A stretch of DNA of 63,975 nt, the filler included. It is 9 parts of 9 records of this genome, joined end to end, with 100 filler letters (N's around TTAATTAATTAA, not from the genome) between each part and the next. Parts side by side here need not be neighbours in the genome. Positions count along the whole stretch, not along the records: positions 6,946 to 13,821 come from SRR31156797_74858; positions 13,922 to 25,003 come from SRR31156797_74923; 7 more parts are not named here. One strand, written 5' to 3'. Below, piece by piece: positions 10,307 through 20,590 of this stretch. The number at the start of each line of letters is the position of its first letter. The stretch's first letter is position 1. A program made the position numbers and the translations under genes. The notes under the pieces are model-generated. The model searched no databases, was not told the DNA's origin, and worked only from the letters and a program-made list of their open reading frames with translations.

Positions 10307-12432
10307 TGGACTGGGAAGCAAAAGCAGAGGACATCGAGCGAGGCATTGAACCTGTCGTTAGTGTTGACTGGGAGGCAAAAGTTGCTGAAGTAGAAGGCAG
10401 CCGCCCCAGGTGGTTTTATAACGAACAGCCCCGGCGTACCCCTACAGGGGAAATCAGCACCATAACCGGAAAGCCTATCATGGAGTTGACAGGAAATGAA
10501 AAATACTCTCCGGCCGATTTTGAAACCCTCATGAAGGCAGGTTTTGCAGATAGCAATGATGCAAAAATGAAAATTTTTGCAGAAGGGCGTGGGATTGGTG
10601 TAGAGCGGTATGAAGTCAAGGACGGGAAAATTTGGTTCGTTGGAGATGACGGAATTATGTATCCAGAAGTGGATCGGGAAGCTGATATCCTTCTTACGAA
10701 ACTGTTTGCGGAACTTCCATCCGAAGGTTTGGCCGATGTCGGGGCTGGGTTGGGGGCATTGGCAGCTGGCCCTGGCGGTGCCATCATAGGGGCAGGGGCT
10801 GGGGAACTACTCAGAAAACAAATAGGCGCCCATTTTTTTGGCGATAAACAATCGTCTTTGGATTATGCCCAAGATATAGGGCTGCAGATGCTTTTTGCTG
10901 GTGTTGATGCCCAATTAGCCAAGAACATAATAAAACGACTCAGCACCAGAAAAATCAAAAAAGCAACCGGTGGTCGGCTTACGGATGAACTGGCCGGAGG
11001 TATCGGGGATATTTCAGATATCCAACGGATTCAGGGTCGTAAAATCCGCCAGAAGGGTGAAAAAATTGGCGTAGATGTCATGCCTCACCAGGCCATGGAT
11101 GACCCGGCATTGACCGGGTATTATTCCATGCTTCGGGATAACCCCAAAACTGCCCGGCAGGTTCGAGCGGCCGATGACCGGCTTGACACACAGGTGGAGC
11201 GGTCTAGCCAGGATCTTCTTTTGGAGATTGCGCCTCATGAGACTGATCCGTTTGAGGTCGGGGCCCGGTTGGCCAAAGCTGGGGACGAAATTCTGGGCCG
11301 GATGAAAAAAAACCGCAGCCAGATATCAAAACCGCACTATGAGGCGGCTTATGTCAGTGGGGCAAAGGTTGACACCCAGCCGGTAATTGATGAGATTACA
11401 CATCTTAAATCCACAGTTAAACCAGGGATGAAGTCATTCAACGCTCTGACCCGCATTGAGCGTATGCTGTTCAAAAAGGCCAAAGGAAAAGATGGCAAAG
11501 AGGTCCTTATGCCGGAAAATAGCATTGAGGTTTTGGACAATGTAAAACAGGAAATCGACGCCGTACTGTATGGTAAAAACGCTAAAGCTATTTCTCCGAA
11601 GCTGAAAAGAAGACTGCAGCGTGTCAAGGATCAGCTCACGAGCCAGACAGATATGGTTTCCCCGGAATACAAAAAAGCACGTGAGGTGTTCTCCCTAGCA
11701 TCCCCGGAAATTTTAAAGGCTGAGGATGGGATCATCGGGGCCCTGGCCGGCATGAGAACCGATGCAATTAAAGAAAAGGCTGTTTCAAAGATTTTTGCCT
11801 CTCCCCGGTCTGTTCGTGTGGCAAAGCGCAGGATTGAGGCTAAAGACCCGGAACTCTGGAAAGATACCGTGGCCGAACACTTCAGGAACAACTTTGAGAA
11901 GGCGGCAAAGGTCGCCCAGGGGGCGGGAGGTAAGGTTTTGAACCGTCCAGGGAAATACACTTCAAGGATGTGGGATGCATCAGACCAGCGAAAGCTCAAG
12001 TTTGCCACTGCCGGCATGAAAGACGCCAATGGGGCTCCCCTTTATGATCGTATTTCAGATTTTTTTGAGGTTATGCAAAAAGCCTCTATCGGCCAAGGAA
12101 AAGAATCTGCAACTCAGCCCCGATTCAAAATGGAAAAAGACCTGACCGGCTGGACCGGCAAACTGAAGGATAAGGCCGGTAACTTATATCAGTCTGCGAT
12201 TGACATGTTCCTGAAAAAATCTACGGATTATGCCTTTGACCGAAATTCTCGGCGTCTGCTTGACTTAATGCAAACGCAGGAGGGCGTAGAATTGATTGCT
12301 AAGGCAAAAGGGTACCCCCCGGGAAGTAAGCAGCGAGCACAGGCAATTACCACGTTCCTGTTTATGTCCACTAAAATCAATGCAGGAAAGGTGCGGGATG
12401 TATATGAGGCCCAAGAAAAAGAAAGGAGATAA
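10306..12432 (+). CDS. Putative large virion ejection/DNA-transfer protein (P22 gp16-like architecture)
   Basis: 708 aa; Gly-zipper segment GAGLGALAAGPGGAIIGAGAG near residue 150, then a long K/A-rich helical region; no Cys. Confidence 0.62.
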   Translation: MDWEAKAEDIERGIEPVVSVDWEAKVAEVEGSRPRWFYNEQPRRTPTGEISTITGKPIMELTGNEKYSPADFETLMKAGFADSNDAKMKIFAEGRGIGVERYEVKDGKIWFVGDDGIMYPEVDREADILLTKLFAELPSEGLADVGAGLGALAAGPGGAIIGAGAGELLRKQIGAHFFGDKQSSLDYAQDIGLQMLFAGVDAQLAKNIIKRLSTRKIKKATGGRLTDELAGGIGDISDIQRIQGRKIRQKGEKIGVDVMPHQAMDDPALTGYYSMLRDNPKTARQVRAADDRLDTQVERSSQDLLLEIAPHETDPFEVGARLAKAGDEILGRMKKNRSQISKPHYEAAYVSGAKVDTQPVIDEITHLKSTVKPGMKSFNALTRIERMLFKKAKGKDGKEVLMPENSIEVLDNVKQEIDAVLYGKNAKAISPKLKRRLQRVKDQLTSQTDMVSPEYKKAREVFSLASPEILKAEDGIIGALAGMRTDAIKEKAVSKIFASPRSVRVAKRRIEAKDPELWKDTVAEHFRNNFEKAAKVAQGAGGKVLNRPGKYTSRMWDASDQRKLKFATAGMKDANGAPLYDRISDFFEVMQKASIGQGKESATQPRFKMEKDLTGWTGKLKDKAGNLYQSAIDMFLKKSTDYAFDRNSRRLLDLMQTQEGVELIAKAKGYPPGSKQRAQAITTFLFMSTKINAGKVRDVYEAQEKERR

Positions 12433-12434
12433 TT

Positions 12435-13208
12435 ATGCCAAGTGATGGTGGTAGCGGAGATAATGGCGCTGGTTATGGTGGCGGTGGATCAGGCGGTAAT
12501 GGTGGGCGTTCTGATGGGTTCGGCGGTGGCCGTGCCAGCGGTTATGCTGGCCACGGAAGCACTGGAAATTATAGTGGAGCTGCTACAGGTTTTGGAGCCG
12601 ATGGATACGGTCCGGTTTCAGCGGGGAAGCCTGGTGTCTATGGAGGTGGCGTTTGGGGCGGCCGGGCGGCAACAGATGCCGAAATCGCCGCCGATAGACG
12701 GGCCAGAGTATCGAAGCAAATTTCTGATGCTAAAAAAACTCAGGGTATTATTGACCCAAATGACATCCCGTCTATGAGCATGGAAGAAAGGGCGACCGCA
12801 AAAGGTATTTTGTCCGGTATGCTGCAGACGAATACAAATTTTAAAGCCATCAACACCGCTTATAACAGCCTGACAAAAGATATGAGCCTCCCCGAAAAAT
12901 GGGGGTTTACCCGGGGGCTTTATAGCGAAAGTATGCCAAATGGGCTTAAAGCGGGCTTAGCGATTGCTAAAATGCCAACAGGTCTTGGGGTTGTTGCTGC
13001 TTCTTTAGGTGCGGCATTAACCGGCAATCTTGTGGCCGATCCAAATGCCAGAGATGAAGGAGAAAGAGAGAGTGGCGTTTCAAGTATGCCAAACTCATTG
13101 TCGAACAAGGACCTCCAAGGTATAGCCGAAAATGCCGCAAAAAAGGAACCTAATACCGGCATCCCATCAAGTCTTTTAAGGCAGGTTGAGTATTTAAGGA
13201 ATTTATGA
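12435..13208 (+). CDS. Hypothetical protein with Gly-rich N-terminus and a hydrophobic segment; possible fourth virion/ejection protein
   Basis: About 77 residues of G/S/Y low complexity; hydrophobic stretch GLGVVAASLGAALTG. Confidence 0.6.
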   Translation: MPSDGGSGDNGAGYGGGGSGGNGGRSDGFGGGRASGYAGHGSTGNYSGAATGFGADGYGPVSAGKPGVYGGGVWGGRAATDAEIAADRRARVSKQISDAKKTQGIIDPNDIPSMSMEERATAKGILSGMLQTNTNFKAINTAYNSLTKDMSLPEKWGFTRGLYSESMPNGLKAGLAIAKMPTGLGVVAASLGAALTGNLVADPNARDEGERESGVSSMPNSLSNKDLQGIAENAAKKEPNTGIPSSLLRQVEYLRNL

Positions 13209-13220
13209 TGCATATAATTT

Positions 13221-13253
13221 TATCCCGGTGCATCCCCCTGGCCGGGATATTTT
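13221..13253 (+). terminator. Probable terminator closing the virion-protein operon
   Basis: TATCCCGG...CCGGGATA followed by TTTT. Confidence 0.55.
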
Positions 13254-13334
13254 AATCCGAAATATTATCCCTGATAGACAAAATTTTACATGAGTGGTAT
13301 GTGATATTATCAATAATTTTTTAAGGAGATCCTA

Positions 13335-13568
13335 ATGAAAAAGCTCCTGCCCCTATTAATTCTCCTTTCATTCTATGGTTGTCAAACAACAGGCACTACC
13401 AACATAGTCACGCATTCAACGGCACATGAACTTTCTATTTCTTCTGTCCAGGATCATTCTGCCCCCCAAGAAAAACCCGTTTCAAATATTGATAAGCAAA
13501 CTGACGATTTTTTGAATGCCTTCTTTTTGAGTTTGGATATTTGGAGAGTCATGGAGTTTATTAAATAA
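13335..13568 (+). CDS. Small lipoprotein (accessory, possibly superinfection-exclusion-like)
   Basis: AAGGAG RBS; MKKLLPLLILLSFYG-C lipobox-like signal. Confidence 0.6.
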   Translation: MKKLLPLLILLSFYGCQTTGTTNIVTHSTAHELSISSVQDHSAPQEKPVSNIDKQTDDFLNAFFLSLDIWRVMEFIK

Positions 13569-13821
13569 CTCAGCCCTATACGACACCCAAAGGCCCCAGA
13601 CTTTTGCCCCCCCCCTATATCACTATTCAAAGCCAGGTGAGCCCTGAGTAACGGTGTTCCCGGACACACAGGATTGGGACAGTTTTACATCACTGTCCCG
13701 CAACGGCCACCATAATTTACTGAAACATAGAGCCAATAGGCATTATATCGAATATGATGCAGCAATTTACACAAGCCTGGAATATTACCCACCCTTCACG
13801 AATCTACAGAACAGATTGGGG

Positions 13822-13921
13822 NNNNNNNNNNNNNNNNNNNNNNNNNNNNNNNNNNNNNNNNNNNNTTAATTAATTAANNNNNNNNNNNNNNNNNNNNNNN
13901 NNNNNNNNNNNNNNNNNNNNN
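13822..13921. other. Artificial contig linker
   Basis: N44-TTAATTAATTAA-N44. Confidence 0.99.
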
Positions 13922-15298
13922 GCCTGTTGCATGGCCTCGCAGTTTTGTTTCCTGACTATCCCAAACGCCTAAAGGTTCTGCTCCTTCGGGTTGCTCCTGT
14001 CCAAAGGCATTCCGGAACATATAAAGAAAGTCATCGGGATTTGTATGCGAAAGGCCATGTACAAATTTATTACGGTTTTCAATAAACTTTGTCTTGTGGT
14101 TATGAATATCATTATCCAGAGAAACCTGGCAAAGTTCAAATACCTCCAGCGTGCGTTTTGGTGCAGCTAACTTTTTTGATTTGTTTACTGTAACAATGGC
14201 TTTGGGTTTAATATCTGTTCCTGAAACACGTCCTACAACCGTATATTTCCCGGGAGAGAGAACGGAACTGTTATCTTTTGGTGCAGGCCAAATAACCCTT
14301 ACGTCAGGACCTTCATTCTTTTTATCGTAAATCCCCTTCACATATCGAGGTAAGCGGGGAAGCACTCCCTCTGCAGTTTCTACCTGAATATCAGGCACTG
14401 CAGATAAGAATGGAGTATACAATTGGACCGTTGTTTCTTCAAATTTTGGTAAATCATCTTCAGGTTCAATCCGTGTTCTAACCGTTGAATCTTCAACTTT
14501 TAAAGCATTGTTATAAATAGCCGCAATTTGATTTTGGCTTAAGGGGATTCGGTAGATTCTAAAATCAAATAATTTAGCATTCAAATATTCACAGTCAGAA
14601 GATAATGATTTCCCAAAGTAAAGCCTGTTATTTTTTACGGTGTTGTTATCGAAGAGCTGACTAAGCTCCATTTGCACATTTTGTGTTTCGCTTGCTAGTT
14701 TTCCATTAACATAAACACTCAAACTTTTAGTCGGAATATCAATTACAATTGCCAGATGATTCCATTTATAAGGTGCAAGATCTGCAGAACCTGTTTGATA
14801 AGTACTTTCGCCCGTTATAATTTGAGCCTCACAAGCTACATTATCTGTTGTTCCGGTAAGAGCCGCAATTAAATGCGATTGACTACTTTTTCCGAAGTCG
14901 AGAAATACCTGACCTTTTTTAGACGATCGCGGGTAAATCCATCCACAAATACTTAATGACTCTTCTCCCCTTATCGATGCTCCGGGGATTGAAACAAAGG
15001 ATTCTTTATCGCCAGAAAGCGAAAGAATTTTACCAAACCGGTCGTCATTTATAAAATTGAAATCTCCCTGAACATTTCCATGTAAGTTATTACGCGACCA
15101 ATCTTTTACATTTCCGTGAAATGTATAGCGGGCAATTAATGCAGTTTCGCCAATTCCGTCAAGAATTTGGTCGCCGGTTTGGGCATATATTGAAGTAGTA
15201 CCAAATGTATAGAAACACAGCACGACTCCAACTATAAATTTAATGATGTTCATCTTTTTTGTTTGAAACTCTGATATTTTATATGATGTTTGTTTCAT
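13922..15298 (-). CDS. LamG + Ig-like (Big_4) + GH127/GH146-type beta-L-arabinofuranosidase, 3' truncated
   Basis: Signal peptide, LamG motif WNHLAIV..YVNG, Ig-like LPRYVKG..VIWP..YTVVG, catalytic-domain start PLGVWDSQETKLRGHATG. Confidence 0.8.
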
Positions 15299-15414
15299 AG
15301 TCTAGAACTTAGTCCTCTTGAGAATTAATGGTTTATTTTGGTTCAAATATCTATTGTTTGGTGCTTTTAAGACAATACGAATGTTTTTAAAACTTGTACA
15401 AATGTTGGAATGGA

Positions 15415-16134
15415 CTATAAATTAGCTACCATGCTTAATTTTGCAGTATCTAAAAACACAATCTTTCTTCCCGGAAACTCCAACAATCGTTCATTGCGGA
15501 ATTCAGACATCACCCGAATCAGTGATTCCGTTACTGTACCAACCATATTGGCCAAATCTTCGCGGGTAATTGTAATTTGTAAGGCTCCATAGTGATCTAC
15601 TCCGAACTCCTCTTTTAAAATCAACAACATTTCTGCTGTGCGTTCACGAACCGATTTCTGGGCAATATCCGTTACAAAAGTATTTGACTCACCTAATTCT
15701 TTACACATCATTTTCATCATACTATGTGTAAAATCCCAATTTTGCTGCAGCAGATTTAAAAGCATGTTATAAGGAACCTGGCTTACCAACGTTTCTTCGT
15801 ATGCTTTGGCCGATGTACACGCCAGCTCGTTAGAAAGCAATGAACGATACGCAATTATATCTCCCTTTTGAGCAAAGCGAATTATCTGCTGTTTTCCGTT
15901 AGCTCCTATCTTGTAAATCTTAACGATACCCTTTAATACCACATAAATACCAGAATGCCTGCTCCCTTCACGGTATAAAACACTTCGTCTTGAATATAGC
16001 TTACGCTGGGCATGTAATTCTACCTGCAATAGTTCATTTTCGCTAAGCAGATTAAAAAGAGGTACATCGCTAAGACTTAATTCCTTTGATACCGTAGGAA
16101 TCCGCCTTTTTTTTGTTGTTATAATGGTGTCCAT
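15415..16134 (-). CDS. Crp/Fnr family transcriptional regulator
   Basis: cNMP-binding-like domain (LYREG..VVLKGIVKI) and HTH ITREDLANMVGTVTESLIR; start at MDTII avoids overlap with the upstream gene. Confidence 0.92.
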   Translation of the reverse strand: MDTIITTKKRRIPTVSKELSLSDVPLFNLLSENELLQVELHAQRKLYSRRSVLYREGSRHSGIYVVLKGIVKIYKIGANGKQQIIRFAQKGDIIAYRSLLSNELACTSAKAYEETLVSQVPYNMLLNLLQQNWDFTHSMMKMMCKELGESNTFVTDIAQKSVRERTAEMLLILKEEFGVDHYGALQITITREDLANMVGTVTESLIRVMSEFRNERLLEFPGRKIVFLDTAKLSMVANL

Positions 16135-16144
16135 AAACCTATTT

Positions 16145-16993
16145 TTACTCCTGATATATATTTGCTGCACTATGACATGATGGGCTTTCATCAAATTCAG
16201 AAAAATACCTGCTTACTATTTCATATAAATCCGGGTCATATTTTTTCATATCGCTACGGGTATTTACCCAATTGTGCTTTCCATCAGGTTTTTCAACTTC
16301 GGCATTTACATTAAACCAGTTTTGCACACCTTCGGCCCAGTATTCCCAAATATTAGTAGCGGCATATACATTTTGGTATTTTCCGGCTGCCATTGCAGCA
16401 TCCAATTTTTCCTGAAGCAGGTCGTTAAATGAATCATCAAGCGGAATAATTCCTACTCCGTGAATGGTATGTGCAAATTCATGAATTAAAATATCTTCAG
16501 CATGGTATTTATCAATTTGGTAGCAAAGCAGGTTTTCTTCGGCACAAGTGGTAAGGGGTAATTCCAATGTTCCTCCTAATCCACGAGCTCTTAAATCCCA
16601 ATTCAAAGTTGTATCGCTTTCCAAATGAGCATGTTCTGGAATATCGGTTGTTCCTTCGTAACGTGCCATTATTCCAACACGTGTATTTTCTTTTGCCATT
16701 TGAGCAAGCACCTCTTCAGGCAAACCGCTGGTCATGAAATCGATAATTTCGCAAGCCTTAACAAATGCCGAATCGGGTACACGGTGCGAACTGATTATGT
16801 GTATTCCGTTTACATTGACATATTTTTTATAAAAGGCATCGAGTTTCAATTCTTTCGGTGGATTTGAAATGACGTAATTTTTTTCGGTATTGTTGTTCTT
16901 CAATTGGCAAGCTACTGCTGTTGATAAGGTAAATAGTCCACACAAGGCCAGCACTGCCGTTTTTGTTTTAATTTGCTTCCATTCTACTTTCAT
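16145..16993 (-). CDS. Zinc metallopeptidase-like lipoprotein (HExxH; anthrax-LF/Pro-Pro-endopeptidase-like fold suspected)
   Basis: Lipobox AVAC; RARGLGG; HEFAHTIH; downstream EYWAEG third-ligand motif. Confidence 0.7.
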   Translation of the reverse strand: MKVEWKQIKTKTAVLALCGLFTLSTAVACQLKNNNTEKNYVISNPPKELKLDAFYKKYVNVNGIHIISSHRVPDSAFVKACEIIDFMTSGLPEEVLAQMAKENTRVGIMARYEGTTDIPEHAHLESDTTLNWDLRARGLGGTLELPLTTCAEENLLCYQIDKYHAEDILIHEFAHTIHGVGIIPLDDSFNDLLQEKLDAAMAAGKYQNVYAATNIWEYWAEGVQNWFNVNAEVEKPDGKHNWVNTRSDMKKYDPDLYEIVSRYFSEFDESPSCHSAANIYQE

Positions 16994-17005
16994 GGCACAG
17001 ATATT

Positions 17006-19267
17006 TTATTTATTGTTTTTTATTGAGTTCCAGTTGGGAGTTTCCTCTTTTAAAAAGTGGCGAACAAAAAAGTCACGCATTTTGCGTTCGTCGTATGTAC
17101 CGCGCAATGCATGTTTAGCTCCGGGAATCAAAACCAGTTCAAATTCCTTATCGGCTTTTATAAGTGCATCAGCCACCTGCATAGTTGATGCGGGATCAAC
17201 GTTTTCGTCGAGTTCACCTACAATTAACATCAACTTTCCCTGCAATTTATGAGCGTTTACTACATTCGAACATTCATCGTACTGCGGCCCGACGGGATAG
17301 CCCATCCATTGTTCGTTCCACCAGATTTTGTCCATCCGGTTATCGTGGCATCCGCAGGATGAAACTCCTACTTTGTAAAAATTGGGATGAAACAATAATC
17401 CCGACAATGTATTCTGCCCTCCTGCCGATCTTCCAAACAATCCCACACGTGATGTATCCATGTACGTGTATTTTTTAGCTGCAGCTTTTATCCATAAAAT
17501 TCTGTCAGGGAAACCGGCATCTTTCAAATTCTTGTAACAAACATCCTGAAAAGCCTTGGATCGGTTTGATGTTCCCATTCCATCCATTTTTACCACAATA
17601 AAACCAAGCTCGGCAAAGGCTGAAAAAGCACCATGAACTGCCTGAAAACTTTTTTGGGTAAAAGAGCTGTGTGGCCCTGCATAAATGTATTCAATAATGG
17701 GATATGACTTGTTCTCATCGAAATTAGTTGGTCGGTAAATATTCCCCCAGATATCGGTTTTCCCATCTCGGGCTTTGGCCACAAAAGGTTCCGGAGCAAT
17801 CCAGCCATTTGCCAGCAGTTCCGAAATATCTGTTTTTTCCAGTTCCAGAACAACTTTTCCATCTGCAGCTGAACGAACAACTGTAACAGGAGGATCTACA
17901 ACAGTGGAATAGGTATCAGTAAAATAATTGTAATCTCTTGAGAAGGCTACATTATGATTCATTTTTTCAGGTGTTAAATCCACGAGTCCGCTGCCGTCGA
18001 GATTCACCCTATAACAATGCAGGTAATAAGGATCTTCGTCTTTGTTTTTCCCTGAACCATAAAAGAAAACTGTTCGGTTCTCTTCGTCAACATGCAACAC
18101 CCGGCGAACAAGCCATTCTCCTTTTGTAATCTGTTTCTTTACTGTTCCCGTTTTCGCATCGATTAAATACAAATGATTCCATCCATCGCGCTCCGATGCC
18201 CAAACCATTTCACTGGTTTCTTCCAACTCGTAACGGTATCGTTTTCCACTGTAATCAATAAAAGTTGTACTGCGTTCATCAGCAATTACTTTTACATCGC
18301 CAGTTTTGGCATCTACACGAACCACCTGATAAACCTGATGACCACGCTGATTAAATTCAAAAGTAAAAGCTGAGCCCAACTTATTCCATCTTGGATTTGT
18401 TAAACTGTATTGGTGAGTAAAAGCTTCTGTTTCAACCGGAATTTGTAATTTATTTTCCACATCGAACAAGCATGATCGTTTAATGGGAAGTGCATCTCCA
18501 GGTTTCTGGTAATCGCGTTTTTGTAAAATAGGTTGAAGTTGCGAATCGGGTGATGATTCCACATAATATATTCTTCTTTTCTTAAAATCGCGAATTTTAT
18601 TAACAGCCAACTTCTTCGAATCGGGCGACCACGAAAAATAAGAAGAATAAAACTCACCGGGAGAACCGTCGAAACTCAACTGATATTCTTTTTTATCCTG
18701 ATTGTTTCTGATATAAACGTTATCGTTTTTAAGAAAGGCTGTCCACATCTTGTCTGGCGAAACAACAGGATCGTTTCCTTTTTCATCGAAAAAATTTCCC
18801 CAGTATGGTTGAGGAGGTGCTTCCTTTTCTACCGAATCCTTTACCAGTTCATAGTTTTTCAGCTTGCATGTCCAATAGGCTTTCTTAAACTGAAAATGAA
18901 TTGTTTTTTTATCCTGGTTAATTTTTAAGTTCTTTAGCAGTAGGTCTTTTGGCAAAACCTCTTTATCTAGCTGTTTGTTGAATGCATTCGCGAGTTTTTC
19001 GGTACTAAAAAGTTCCTTTTTACCTGCTTTCGCTGCATCTACCCAAAAATACTTCATCCCTTCACGCGTTTTAATGCGGTAGTAAAAAGTATTTGTAGAG
19101 TCAATCCAATTAATATCGGTAACCTGATTGTAAACCAGCTTGCTCAAATTCAGCACTGAGTCTGCCCGCAGGTAATCCTCCCTGGAAACCTGAGCCGAGG
19201 TATCGCAGAAACATATAATTAAAACAAACAATAAAATGTTTTTCAGATTATTTCCAGCCATAACCAT
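17006..19267 (-). CDS. S9 family dipeptidyl peptidase IV-like protein
   Basis: DPPIV N-terminal propeller; YIYAGP; catalytic GRSAGG, GELDENV and GAKH. Confidence 0.92.
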   Translation of the reverse strand: MVMAGNNLKNILLFVLIICFCDTSAQVSREDYLRADSVLNLSKLVYNQVTDINWIDSTNTFYYRIKTREGMKYFWVDAAKAGKKELFSTEKLANAFNKQLDKEVLPKDLLLKNLKINQDKKTIHFQFKKAYWTCKLKNYELVKDSVEKEAPPQPYWGNFFDEKGNDPVVSPDKMWTAFLKNDNVYIRNNQDKKEYQLSFDGSPGEFYSSYFSWSPDSKKLAVNKIRDFKKRRIYYVESSPDSQLQPILQKRDYQKPGDALPIKRSCLFDVENKLQIPVETEAFTHQYSLTNPRWNKLGSAFTFEFNQRGHQVYQVVRVDAKTGDVKVIADERSTTFIDYSGKRYRYELEETSEMVWASERDGWNHLYLIDAKTGTVKKQITKGEWLVRRVLHVDEENRTVFFYGSGKNKDEDPYYLHCYRVNLDGSGLVDLTPEKMNHNVAFSRDYNYFTDTYSTVVDPPVTVVRSAADGKVVLELEKTDISELLANGWIAPEPFVAKARDGKTDIWGNIYRPTNFDENKSYPIIEYIYAGPHSSFTQKSFQAVHGAFSAFAELGFIVVKMDGMGTSNRSKAFQDVCYKNLKDAGFPDRILWIKAAAKKYTYMDTSRVGLFGRSAGGQNTLSGLLFHPNFYKVGVSSCGCHDNRMDKIWWNEQWMGYPVGPQYDECSNVVNAHKLQGKLMLIVGELDENVDPASTMQVADALIKADKEFELVLIPGAKHALRGTYDERKMRDFFVRHFLKEETPNWNSIKNNK

Positions 19268-19283
19268 ATTCTGTAATTATTAA

Positions 19284-20489
19284 TCATTCTTCAGGAGATA
19301 AAACAACCATAAGCACACCATGTGGAGCAACTTTGTTTTTCATATTTCGATCTGTTTTTCCAATAAGCTCATGTTTCCATAAATCGTAAATACCATATGA
19401 TTTTTTGCGTATGTTTACATCCTTTACAAAATACATTGTCTGCTTTTTCCAGTCATAATCAAGCTCCCACTCAACTTCTGTGCGGTTCAGAAAACATAAA
19501 GCCACTTTGCCACCAGATAGTGGTTTAGCCCATATCTCATGCTCTCCCATATCCATAAACTTACGGGCTTGTTCCCCTTTCTCATCTTGATTAACTGCAA
19601 TTACATCTGTATTGGTTAATAATTCACGAGTCATTTCGTCCATGTCACGCAAATCATTTCCGGCCATCAACGGAGCAGCCAACATTGACCACATCGAAAA
19701 ATGCGTTTTGTATTCATCGAAAGTTTGTCCACCATTTCCAATTTCAAGCATATCAGGATCATTCCAATGTCCCGGGCCTGCGTGTTTGTAAAGTCCTACT
19801 TGTTTATCAATTATGTCGAGGGTACCTAAACCGCCCCAGTCAAACTCACATTGATAACAGTCGCGAATATCAGCTGTGGTACGCCAAACATGTCCTATAC
19901 CTTCACCCCATTCCCAGGGTTTGCTTTCGCCCCATTCGCAAATTGAAAACACAATTGGACGCCCGCAAGATTTTAAAGCATCGCTCATTGTTTTATATGC
20001 AGCTTTAGCATCCTGACCTTCGTTGTAACACCAATCGTACTTCAAATAGTCAACTCCCCATTTGGCGTAAGCCAAAGCATCCTGAAATTGATAGCCCCTG
20101 CTTCCCGGGCGTGACTGGCAAGTCATTGAACCAGCGCATGAGTATATACCAAATTTTAATCCCTTATTGTGGATGTACTCTCCTAAAGCTTTCATTCCCG
20201 AAGGAAATCGCTCGGGATCAGGAATAATATTGCCTAACGAGTCTCTGCCAATCTGCCAGCAATCGTCAATTACAATGTATTCATAACCGGCATCCTTCAT
20301 GCCACTTTCTACCATTGCATCGGCCATTTCCTTTATCAATACTTCGCTTACATCGCACCCAAACTTGTTCCAGCTATTCCAGCCCATCGGAGGAGTTTGC
20401 GCCAGGTCTTTAAAATCCTGAGCAAAAATGCTTTGTGTTAGAAATACAAAACCCAGTACGATTATAATCTTTGAAAACACCATCTTCAT
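19284..20489 (-). CDS. GH27 alpha-galactosidase
   Basis: TPPMGWNSWN, IDDCWQ, YLKYDWC and WNDPDML motifs. Confidence 0.95.
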   Translation of the reverse strand: MKMVFSKIIIVLGFVFLTQSIFAQDFKDLAQTPPMGWNSWNKFGCDVSEVLIKEMADAMVESGMKDAGYEYIVIDDCWQIGRDSLGNIIPDPERFPSGMKALGEYIHNKGLKFGIYSCAGSMTCQSRPGSRGYQFQDALAYAKWGVDYLKYDWCYNEGQDAKAAYKTMSDALKSCGRPIVFSICEWGESKPWEWGEGIGHVWRTTADIRDCYQCEFDWGGLGTLDIIDKQVGLYKHAGPGHWNDPDMLEIGNGGQTFDEYKTHFSMWSMLAAPLMAGNDLRDMDEMTRELLTNTDVIAVNQDEKGEQARKFMDMGEHEIWAKPLSGGKVALCFLNRTEVEWELDYDWKKQTMYFVKDVNIRKKSYGIYDLWKHELIGKTDRNMKNKVAPHGVLMVVLSPEE

Positions 20490-20590
20490 CTCTACGCTCT
20501 TATAAAATCAAAAAAATGATTAACTATTTAACTTTCCGTTCAATAATACCTGCTGAAAAAAAGCCCTGCCGAATGTCGTTTTAGATCCAT

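Larger units (their letters stand above)
6946..13821 (+). mobile_element. Phage or phage-satellite-like fragment (ends not visible)
   Basis: Co-directional, tightly packed ORFs with no housekeeping genes; HTH protein plus ejection-protein-like genes. Confidence 0.7.

Noticed and set aside
13676-13699. Inverted repeat GGGACAGT-N8-ACTGTCCC near the end of the phage-like contig
   Set aside because: It could be a binding site or att arm, but a single short palindrome with no integrase or second copy is insufficient evidence.
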